A stretch of 63,975 bases of DNA, counting the filler, from Welwitschia mirabilis (Eukaryota), in assembly GCA_051453625.1 (NCBI GenBank). It is 10 parts of one record of this genome, joined end to end, with 100 filler letters (N's around TTAATTAATTAA, not from the genome) between each part and the next. Parts side by side here need not be neighbours in the genome. Positions count along the whole stretch, not along the records: positions 36,779 to 53,806 come from JBOZIK010000001.1; 9 more parts are not named here. One strand, 5' to 3'. Both the position numbers and the translations under genes were made by a program. This document shows, piece after piece, positions 39,630 to 50,900 of the stretch (position 1 is its first letter; each line of letters starts with the position of its first letter). The notes under the pieces were generated by a model. The model saw only the letters and a list, made by a program, of their open reading frames with translations. It searched no databases and had not been told where the DNA came from.

Positions 39630-40533
39630 CTTCTAGCCACCCATTTAAGTTCGGCCTTGTCTTGACCAAAAAGTGAGGAGTGTTATCTTTCCTCACAAAG
39701 GGAAAGAAATCTACATTAACAGTACCCTAGGGTGTTTTCTACAGGATACAATGATTCTTTACACACTATTATATACTTCTATTCTTTCTTGCAGTAAGAA
39801 AAGTCTCTATCTTGTTGTCTCTTGATTTTACCATCATAATGGACGATTTTACATGTAAAATATTATGTTTAATTGTTTAGTCTTTCTTCTGCTTTCTCTC
39901 ATTGTTACCATTTCCTATGTTGAGACTTTTTTATTGTATTTTCAGATGCTAGAACCCTGAGGGCTGTTTTTGTTGTAATACTGTTCTGATATGAACCCAC
40001 ATCAGCTATCCATGTTATGCATCTAACCATTATATAATTAAATATCAAGATTAATATCTTCTACATTATAGATGTTACATAAATAGGCAAATCTTGATAT
40101 TTAAAAATGGTAAATGGCAGAGATCTGTCCATTATTAATAAGAAGGATCCATTTCAAGAAAAGTCAAACCGATCATATTGAGGAACCGATCATATTGAGG
40201 ACACCTTCAAATTTTAGAACTTTACTAAAAGCATTTTAATGCTAGGAAATTATGCTTGATTGTGGTTTATGCTGTTCCAAATCCAATATCCTGTAAAGTG
40301 TCTCAAACGATAAGGTGAATGAAAAACCTTCATAAAATTCATATAATTGTATAAAAGCTATTTAATTAAAGTCCATTGCTTCTAGTTCATGATTAAAATT
40401 CTAAGTGCTAGGAAAACACGGTGGATAACTTCATTACATTGTATGGTAAAGAACAAATCATATCTTAGTTGTAAATCATTTGGAGACTCTTGTAAGGTAT
40501 GCAAACACCTGTAATAAGAAAGAAACAACGAAC

Positions 40534-40783
40534 CTTTATCTCTAAATTGCTTTAAAACAGAAGATGAGATTGCAAGTATATGGTCAAAAAGCAGTGGTAC
40601 AGGGCCGTCTGGGTCATCATCTGCCAAGTAAGGCAGTGGTATAAAAGCTTTTCCCATTGGGTTTGCCCAAGGAACCCTCTTAGAATCTCCACCAGCATGA
40701 ACAACTAATACACACATCTTGGCTAATAGGTTATGAACAGCCAGGGAACATGGATCTTTGTCTATATCAATGTCTGAACATAC
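40534..40783 (-). CDS. FKGP: FKGP internal exon (250 nt), pyrophosphorylase domain N-terminal part
   Basis: Translates VCSDIDIDKDPCSLAVHNLLAKMCVLVVHAGGDSKRVPWANPMGKAFIPLPYLADDDPDGPVPLLFDHILAISSSVLKQFRDK(G). HAGGDSKRVPWANPMGK and DDPDGPVPLLFDHILAI are plant FKGP motifs. Acceptor ttgcag|GTATGT, donor AAAG|gttcgt (phase 1). Confidence 0.93.
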
Positions 40784-41547
40784 CTGCAATGAATATTATT
40801 TTCCATAAGTCCCAATCAAAAGTTCAAACATGCATAAAATAACCACTAGACATTTGCAGGAGACAAGCCATGGAATAATGGCCATTCTGATATCTACTAA
40901 GAAACTCCATCTTTTCTGATAATGAACCAAGAATCCTAAACATGGGAAGACGTGAGGAAATAGCTCTTAAAGACTATGACCCTGCAGAAAGGGCAGAATG
41001 TGGATAACTAAAATTCAGGACTCTATAAACAAGTCATATCTGCCATTATCAGCAAATAAATTGAAGCCCACGAGCACAAGAACACATTTCAACAGGCTAA
41101 TAAAAAGCCTCAAGAATATAATGGGGAGTCAGAAGCAAACATAGATGCAAGTACAGGTGTCCAGCTAATGGAAAAAGAATATGTCAATAAATATTTTCAA
41201 TTTACCAAATATCGAAATAAAAGTGCTACAAAAATTAGAATTCAGATGTGAAGATAAAAACCACACTTAGATAGTTAGAAGACAAAACAACCATAACAAA
41301 TCAAACTAAAACAAGTGCAACTGAATGACACTTAACACAACAATTTTGTATGAATATGAACCGGCAATAATGAATGTGAATGTTGTCAACTGATAAGAAA
41401 ATATCAACCAAATATGTTGTATGAAAAATAAGAAAGTGATAGAAGAAACATGAGTATAGAATATCTAGAAGTTATACTAATTTACAAGAGCATTGACATT
41501 GGCACCAAGAAAGCTATACAGGATGAAAAAATTTATTCATAAATAAC

Positions 41548-43310
41548 TGTTGATGTAAATTCCTTTCTCTAGTCATGAAAAGGACAACACTGGACTTGTT
41601 CCAGACAGGTGCTGGAAATTAGGTATCCAAAACTGGACCCTCAAAGTACAACGTAACTAAGGAGCAGTGTAAAGCACAGGTTGAGCCTAGTGGGAAAAAC
41701 TCATAGAATTAAGGGGCTTTTTAAAAAATATAAAAAATTCAAAAGAGGTCAAGGGGTGAGGAAAAAGACTTCCAAAAGGAGGAGGTATCCTCCAGTTTGC
41801 CCCAAGGTGTCCATAGAAAGGGAGATGGAACAGGTCTTTAGGTAGGGAATAGAGGCTCCAAACAGATCTTCTCCCAAGGCTAAGGTAAAGATGGAGACGC
41901 CTCTTTGGAAAAGACCAAAAAAGGGTACACCAAAGGGGTGGTCTTCTTTAGCTAAAAATAAAAGGGGTATCTCTTCCTCATTGGAAGGACGTTGCCTTAA
42001 GCGAGGTCCTCCATTCACTATCTTTAATGTGCCTACAAATCATTAGTACGAAGTGGGAGAAAAGAACACTTTATTGCAAAACTCTAAACTGTAAATCATC
42101 GCTCCTCCCTTAAGAGAGACGAAGGGGGCATATATAAGTCTTCCCAAACCAAAGAGGGAGGGAGACAACTAAAAGATTTAGAGATAAAAAGGAGAGCAAA
42201 TTATTATGAAACTCAAAAGAAATTTGTAGATAAGCTCTTCAAATTAGAGGAGAATCTGTTGTCTCCTTCTTAGATGTTCTTTATGAGGAAGATGAGTTGT
42301 TAGCTAACTCAAATCATGAAGAGAGATACTGGTGTGAGGCTAGGATTGTCATCTGAGGAAGGAAGAGAAGCATCTAGATTAAAAATTAACATGAGAAGAC
42401 TCGAGGACGACTAAGGATGAAAGAGAATACATAGAGAGGGTTCCCTAGACATGAGGACCAAAAAGAGAAAGAGAAAGGGAAAGACTACCTCTCTCTAAAC
42501 TAAGAGCAAATAAGATGGAGTGACATAGAGGAAAGTGAAGGGGATGTAATAATAAACTTAGAGTACATCTCATTGTCATCTTCAATAGGGCCCCATGACG
42601 TTGCAACTTCTTGAAGCCTAGAGATAAAGCCAGTGGGAGACTCGATTGGTCCTTGATTGTGCCAAAGAGGATCATCCCCCCACAATTATAGTCACCTCTT
42701 TGGTCATTAGGCTAGTACCCACCCTGGGGTGTAATGTCACAGGTAGGCTCGCTTGATTAGGGCATGTTGTAAACATTTGGTTCAACCTTAGAACTCTTCT
42801 GGACTTGAGGCTTTTGGTCTTTGATGAACATGCCCACTGATGAAGAAGCTAGATGAGAGGGGCTGAGGAGGTCTGGAATACACTAGTGAACTAATTTCAG
42901 CACATGGAAAGCAACAGCTAGAAGGCAACCTGTCTTAAGAAGAGATACAGAGGCTAGATTCCAAGTTAAAAGAGGAAAACTAGGCTGAAAAGACTAAAAA
43001 GAAAGGTCGGCGAGGGTGGGGGAAAGAAAGCATTCCACACCCTAGGCATGGAATGCATTGGAGTGGATGGAGGTAGAGGGGTAGTGAGGTAAGGATGAAA
43101 AGGAAGTNNNNNNNNNNNNNNNNNNNNNNNNNNNNNNNNNNNNNNNNNNNNNNNNNNNNNNNNNNNNNNNNNNNNNNNNNNNNNNNNNNNNNNNNNNNNN
43201 NNNNNNNATGAAAAGGAAGTGTGATTTGCAACAGAGGGAAAAGGTGAAGGGAGATAGAATGAGGTTGAAAAGGGTCCCCCAGCTTTTCAGGGTCAGGTTG
43301 GAGTCCAACA
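41548..43310 (-). mobile_element. Solo LTR (~1.76 kb) of the Tat-like family
   Basis: TGTTG...CAACA termini with perfect 5-bp TSD ATAAC (41543-41547 / 43311-43315). TATA followed by aataaa on the minus strand at ~42138-42070. Contains one N gap. Confidence 0.88.
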
Positions 43311-44981
43311 ATAACAATTCATACTTGCCTGTTGGGATGGAAGAAATACTTCAAAAAGGCACCATCTTCTTAATGTACATTTCTTTTTAAGTGTGTCCTT
43401 TCATCAGGCAGCCTATGACACAAACTCAAAACTCTTAAAGAATTAACGCTGCTGCACCTAGATTGGGGCCCTATTCAATGTCATATTGTGCCATAGAATG
43501 GAGCTTTTTATGCTCTGTTATGATGTTATGTCTTAAGCATTTTTATTGGCATGTTTACAAACCCAAAAACCTAGCTTAGAGGAGGTTATTTTCGAAAGCT
43601 AACAATCAATGTGTATGGCCATTTTCATATTGAAAATCTGTAAGAGGAATTCATCATGCCTTGCTTGTAGCTATGTACTTCACTCTCACCCTCAACTTTA
43701 TAAACCCGCCATTTCATTTGTAAACCAAAAGAGATGAATAGATGAGCAATGAAATCCTGACAAATTTTCCTCAGAGTTTATAATCTTTTCTTATTAGGTT
43801 TTATGAACAACAGCTCGTGCTCATAAGTTTTCCATGAGTACTTGATGAATGTTTTATGAATCTTTGATGAGTCTTTAGTTGAATCTCGTGCTGAATGAGG
43901 TCTAAGTTCTTGTTCAATGTTGAAAATTCGTGTTGTTTTGTGAATGAAAATGCCCAAATCTCTTGGTGTTAGAATGTTGTACAATGTATATTCGAACATA
44001 ATGAATAATTTTGAGCTAATTTGTGTACTGCACTCTTAAATTCTGTGTGCCTGTATTTCTCCTTCCTCAGTTCTAAAGAGATACCCAATTCCATAGGGCT
44101 CATGCTCTACACTGTCTTTCAAAAGTCAAAACTCTTTGAGAAATTTATCTTGCATGTTTAATGAAGGGCTTCCATATTTGAGCCCCAAGGTTCCCACTTG
44201 ACAATAAGAATGGTACATATGACTTAGATTATGGGCATAAGCCTATTCTTCTTGATCAGTTTCTCTATCCTATATTAACTTTCATAAACAAATATTTGGA
44301 AATACTTTCAGCCTTGGAGCCTTGAAGCCTTGAATGATGGCACCCGCAGAGCTACAAAATACTTGAAATTGTGTCTTAACTGGCACTAGTAATCATCAGG
44401 AGAGCATCAGAATCTTGTTGGATTACTGTAACACAGCTAAAAATTTTCACATCAAACACCTTGTTCTAAGAGTTGTATAAGGAAGTCAGCTGGCATCTTA
44501 AGCTCAATTTGCTACAGTTCAGTCCTTAATTGTTCCTTTCATTTGCTGATGCCAGTGCATAAAACACAGCCAACCTACAAGAAGTGTTATTAGAACTTAG
44601 AGGCAAGGTGGCATGTTAGGTCAGTCATTGTAAGTTTCATGGATCTCATCTTTAAGATTTGTATGGATGTGACCCAGATTTTTGTGAAGTATGAAGCATG
44701 GTAAAGAAACCCTTGGAAGGATAGTAATGCAAAGATTTTCCTAGTTAAAATGGTGTTCTCTATAAGTAGGGAAAGTTACATATTGCTAAGGGAAAACATT
44801 CTCCACAAAAAACAGTGGAGTTATGGTAGAACATTTTAGGGTGGAGAAAACCTACAAGTTGGTTTGAAGGAACTACTGTTAGCCAAACTCATATATGGAT
44901 GTATGGAAAGGGCTTGGAAACTGTGGAATTTGCCAAAAAGCCAAAAAGGATCTCCTAATGCAAGATTGTACATGCCCTCAC

Positions 44982-47900
44982 TATTGGAGCAAATGAATAA
45001 CAAGTTTCAATGATGAATAAGATGAGGTGTCTAACCAATTCACGAAGATCAAAGTTGAAGTGGATCCCTGCTATCTCTCATGATCTGCTCATCAAAGGAA
45101 TCCAACTTCCATCAAGTCAAAAGCTAGGTCTAGATCATGGGGATACCCCAGTTTTTTTGTGGGATGTCCGAAATTTCTCAACCATAGACATAGGCTAAAC
45201 AGGACCTAGGACATCCTAGAGTTTTAGTCGGATGTCTTGAATTTTTAATGGGATGTCCCGGATCTTTTCTGGGACATCCCAGATTTTTGGTGGGACATCT
45301 AGGATGTGCAGGGGGGAGACTAAGACAAGGCTAGGAGGTCATTTCTGAGTGGATTTATACGCAAATTACTGTGAAGCAGTTGGGATGTCTGGGATTTCTT
45401 GTGGGACATCCAGGGTGCAAAGAAAAGCAAACATTATGCAAAAATCAAAATCAAATCAGTGCAAATCAGAAGGGAATCAAGGCATATCCACTCCCAATGG
45501 CTAGTAGATATGCGCTGGCATCACAAAGGTTGAGAATGACTGCCTCCCACCTCTATCTTCAATAGCTATATTTTTGCCCACATATAAAATGTTATGATTT
45601 AACCTATAGTAATATATAACTGACCTGTGAATAATACAAAACTGGCTTGTGAATAATCCATCTATGAAAAAAGCTTCTCCTTCTCTACCTATACTCCTAC
45701 ATTGTATTATCTCTTTGAGGTATTGTTGTACTCCATGCTAGTGTATTGTACAAAGAAAAAGGCACACTCTCCATTGAACTTTCTTTGAAAGGAATCTAGC
45801 TCTAGTGATTGAGCTATTTGTTTTACTAGTAAACCCTTTGTGAAAAGGGGTACTCCAAACCTACTTAGAGGATTGACCAAGGTATTCTGCTTTGGTCAAG
45901 GAAACCCTTGGTGAGAAGGTTTGGATAAAGCTATTAGTGTTGGTTTAAAGCTAAGGGAACAAAGAGATGGTCGGTATTCACTCCCCATGCCCAGCCCAAC
46001 AAGTGGGCAAATATGAAGGGTTCTAGTTTCCACCTAAGTCATGGCTTTTGGTTTGGATGGTAATGGAAGCAAGAATTGGCATCAGAGCACTAGGTTTTGG
46101 AGCTCACATGCTTTGGCAATAAGCTTAGTATTCATAAAGCCTGCAAGTGGAGCAGAGCGGAGCCGAATGAGCACAGTGGGATAAACTATTGAAGCAGAAT
46201 GAGCAGTGCAAGTAAGCAAAGCACAGTGAACGTAGTGGAGATAGAATGCAGAGTGAAGGGAATGTAGCGTAGCAAAGGTTGCAAAGCATAGCAGCACGAG
46301 CATTACTGAAGCTTCACGTGCACCAAATTTTTTTAGGGTGTCCATACAACACGTTTGTCATCCGTGCAATCAGTCCCTACAATTGTATAGTGAAACAACA
46401 ATGGAGCGCCTGCAAACAGGCAACAGACTAGTTGGAGCTGAGAATAGGGGCATATGGAAACATTCTAATGGAAGACATCCTTTGCCAAAAGGAATGTGAC
46501 ATTGTCCTAAAGATGAAAGCAAATGTGAGAGCAGCATTTAAACTCTCTAATATAAAATGGTTAAACAAGTACCTTGATGAAGAATGGAAGAAATTCAACA
46601 GAAGGGTACTTTTATTGATTTGGTCGTGCCTTAGCAGCAGGGTTCTTCAATCCCATCAAACTGTGGCAGACTCTGATGCACCGATACGATCAGCCCACTA
46701 GCATGAATCAGTTCTATATTGCCAAGAAGGTCTTCAAAATGAAAATGAAATAAAGTGCATCATTGCAAACACACCTGGACGAGGTAAACGGGTTGTTCAC
46801 ACAATTGGATGACCTAAGGGTAACGTTTGAAGAAAACCTAAGGTTAATTGTAGTTCTTAGTTCCTTACCTAATTCCTGGGACACTGTTCGTGTTACCCTA
46901 ATGACTGCCTCAGATACTATGTCGCATCTAAATATTGTAATTTCAAAGCTTCTAGATGTATACAAGACTAGAACTATTGAGTCTGTTGGAGAAGCCCTTG
47001 TTATTCATGGAGGACGTTCTAAGACTAGAGAAGGAGGATGTTGGCCAAGGAAGAGCAAAGGAAGATTCGTTAACAGTAGCATTGAATGTTGGCACTGTAA
47101 GAAGAAAGGCCATTAATGAAAGGATTGCTACAGCCTAAAAAACCAGTGCAAATAGAAACAAGAAGAAAACCAACAGAACCAAGGAAGTAGAGAAGGGTTA
47201 AAAGCAGAAGGAAATGTTGATGTTGTGTTAATTGCAAATGCACAAGAGGTAAATGTTTCCCAATACTCTTGCTCTGTTATTTGGATTCTCGATTCTGGTG
47301 CTTCCTTTCATGTCTGCCTAGATGTTTCAATGTTTTCAAAGAAGTATGTTTGTCTGGGGAATAATCAACACTGTGAGATCACAGGAATTGAGTCTATAAT
47401 ACTACAAGGAAGTGATGGCAGAAAACTATTTCTTCAGAATGTTAGCCATGGGCCTCAGCTTGCGAAAAATTTAATTTTAGCAGGTCAATTAGATATTGCT
47501 GATTGTTCAATTTTCTTTAGCACAAGTGGTTGGAATGTAATGAAAGATGCTATGGTTCTAGCACACGGAGCCTTGTACACTATGCATGCTGATGTGCTAA
47601 AGCATAGTGTTGTTACTGCTGGTGAGGAAGACATGCCTCTTTGGCATAAGAGACTTGGACATCTCAATGAAACAAGCATGAAGATTCCTAGTTCTAAAAG
47701 CTTGCTTCCAACATTTGACAACATTTGACTCTGTTTCTTTAGATTTCTATAAGGATTGCGCTGTTGCCAAAGCAAAACATGTAAACTTTAACAAATCTAT
47801 TTCTAAGAATAAAAGTGCTGTAAAATTAGATTTTGTTTATTCTGTAAAATTAGATTTGGTTTATTCCAATATTGTTGGGCCTATGCGAGTGAAGACCTTT

Positions 47901-50900
47901 GGTGGAGCATCTTATTTTATTATGCTTATTGATGATTATAGTTGAAAAACTTGGTTGTTTCCTATTCCCTCAAAAGACAAAGTCTTTGATGTTTTCAAGC
48001 GATTTAAAGCTAGAGTTGAAAATAAATCAAGCCGTAAAATTAAACGTTTAATAACAGATAATGCAAGTGAATACACCTCTCGTGAATTTCAGATGTTTTG
48101 CAGACATAATGGAATTGCTCACATGAAAACACCTCCACATACACCTAAGAATAATGAAGTGATTGAAAGATACAATAGGACTACTTTAGAAAGGTTGCTT
48201 TCATTGTTGTAGCAATCTAGAGTTCCAAAATGTCTTTGAGCTGAAGCAGCTGACATAGCTGCATATCTTCTAAATAGGTCACCTCATCCAGCACCACAAG
48301 GAGTAATACTAGTGTTCGTTTGAAGTGGGAGGAAGCCATCTTTCTCTCACTTGAAGCTGTTTAGTTGTGAAGCATATTGGCATCAGCACCACATATGAAA
48401 ATTGGATGGTCGTGCACATAGGTGCTTTTTTTTCGGGTTATGGAGGAGACAACCATGGTTACAGAATATGGGATCCAGTGGACAAGAAAGCGATTCGATC
48501 ACATGATATTTTTCATGAACAGCAAATATTTTACAAGTCACTAGAAGAGAGCCAGAATTATGGAATTTCCGACTCTAGCACTCTACAAAAGCCTTTTAAA
48601 ATTCTAGATCACGATGATGACAGCAAAACAAGTAATCCTCCTAATGATGAGAATGATGAAGATGAAAACAACCCTGCTAAGTTGCAGCAACCTAATTTTT
48701 CAAAAGGTGAACATGAAGGAGAGCCTCATACTCTTGCACATTGGGTAAGAAGGCCCATAAATCCCAATAGACCACCTGTCGGGTATTCTCCATCATTGCA
48801 TTATATCCTGTACACAAATAAAAGAGAAGATGAAATATATCAGGAAGCTATTTCTTCGCCTAACTCAAAGAAGTGGAATGCTTCAATGAAAGAAGAGTTG
48901 GATGCTTTAAGGCATAATGATACATGGGATGTGGTTCCTTTGCGAGCTAGGAAACATACCTTGTTCAGGACATGGGTTTTCAGGATAAAAGAAGAAGCAA
49001 AAGGAAAAGAATGTTATAGGGCAAGAATGGTTGTAAACAATTTTGAGTAGAAACCAAGTATTGACTTTACTGAAATTTTTTCTCCAATGGTGAAGCATTC
49101 TTCTATTCATGTCATTTTATCTATTGTTACTATCTCAAATCATGAATTAGAATAGTTGGATACTAAAACTACTTTTCTGCATGGTGATCTTAAAAAAGAG
49201 ATTTATATGAAATTACCTGAAGCTTTTGAAACGAAAGATAAGAACTTAGTCTATAGGTTGAACAGAAGTTTGTATAGCCTGCAATAGGCACCCAGGCAAT
49301 GCTACAAGAAATTTCACAACTTCATGCAAGAACAAAAATATAGAAGGAATGATGTAGACCATTGTATTTATCTTCGTGAACAAGCTTCTCGTAAGATTGT
49401 TATTTTATTGTTGTGTGTTGATAATATACTTGTTGCTAGAAATGACATACAAGAAATTAAAAGGCTGAAAAAGGAGATAGAAAAACACTTTGCAATGAAG
49501 GACTTGGTTCCTGCAACACAGATTCTTGGAATGAAAGTTTCTAGGGATAGATCATGTGGAAAATTGTGGCTTAGTCAGCCTAAATACATGAGCAAAGTAT
49601 TAAAGCGTTTTAACATAGCTGACTGTAAACCTATTGGAACACTTCTAGCAAAACACTTTCAATCGTCTGTGGAAGATTGCCAAAAAACAAAAGAGGAATA
49701 AGAAAGAATGGAAATCGCTCCCTATGCTTAAGCTGTTGGAAACTTGATGTATGCTATTATCTGCACAAGACCAGATATTTCATTTGCAGTGGGAGTTGTC
49801 TCATGTTTCATGAGCAACCCTGATCCAAAGTAGTGGGACGTTGTAAAATGGATTTTGCACTACCTGAAAGGTACACAGAACTTTTGCCTAAGTTTTGGTA
49901 ACACTGGATTGGATGTTGTTGGTTATGTGGATGCTACTTATACTCAATGTAAAGATACAAGAAAATCCACTTTTGAATGTGTTTTCTTGATGAGAGGCAG
50001 TCCTACTAGTTGGATGTCTTGTTTGCAAAGAGATGTGGCTTTGTCAACTACAGAAGCAGAGTACATAACTATGGCAAAGGTAACCAAAGAAATAATTTGG
50101 CTAAGATATTTGCTTGACTAGTTTGAATTGAAACAACAACAATATGTGACTTATTGCGATAGTCCGAGTGTCATTCACTTGGCAAAGAATACTACTAACC
50201 ATGTTTGGACAAAGCATATTGATGTGAGGTATTACTTCATCAGGTAAGCATTAGAGGAGAAGAAGCTAGATGTTCACAAAGTCTACAAAGTCTACACACA
50301 GGCGAATCTTGCAGATTTCTTAACAAAAGCTGTTACTGGAGATAAACATCGGCGCCGTTGTCATGGCATATATCTGGACACGTGATCTGAGCAAGCTTGG
50401 AGAGCAATTCATCTCTAGAATTGCACTTGAAGATGTGCCAAATTTTTCTTCAAGTGGGAGAGCGTTGATATGTGAAGCCAAATCTATTCCTTTGTAACAT
50501 CCCTTATGTTATGTTTTTTCATGTTGGCCCAATTTTACTATTGTAAAAGGAGGTTGTGTTATAAAATCGTCCTTTTCAAGTGTTAGGTAAGAAAGGGACA
50601 TGTGTCTCAAAAGAGGGATGATACCTTTTTTAAGGTTCTGGCTTGTAGCCCTAATTGATTGTAACCCTTGGCCTATGTAATGGTGGTGTGAGGGTTGTTT
50701 GTATAATATAAAATTCTGAGAGGCAACCTTCCCTAAAGCCTATTGTTAGTTTGAAGCTCATTCTTGGCTTGTAACTTTTGAGAAAGATAACAGAGCTCTG
50801 CATTGCTTTCCCATAGTTTTTCTCCTAATTGGGATGTCCCAAGTAAATTGTAATATCTCTATTTTCTCTTCTGCATTGTTTAATCGCTTTGTTGTTGTGT

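Noticed and set aside
44460..44574. Exon-like segment on the minus strand (ttgtag|GTTGGC...AACAAG|gtgttt)
   Set aside because: Stops in all three frames and no FKGP similarity.
45478..45556. Minus-strand RWEAVILN...AIGSGYAL, resembling FKGP N-terminal WDAIVL and IGSG motifs
   Set aside because: Motif spacing is far too short, it lies inside a SIRE LTR, and it lacks convincing splice sites. Treated as chance.
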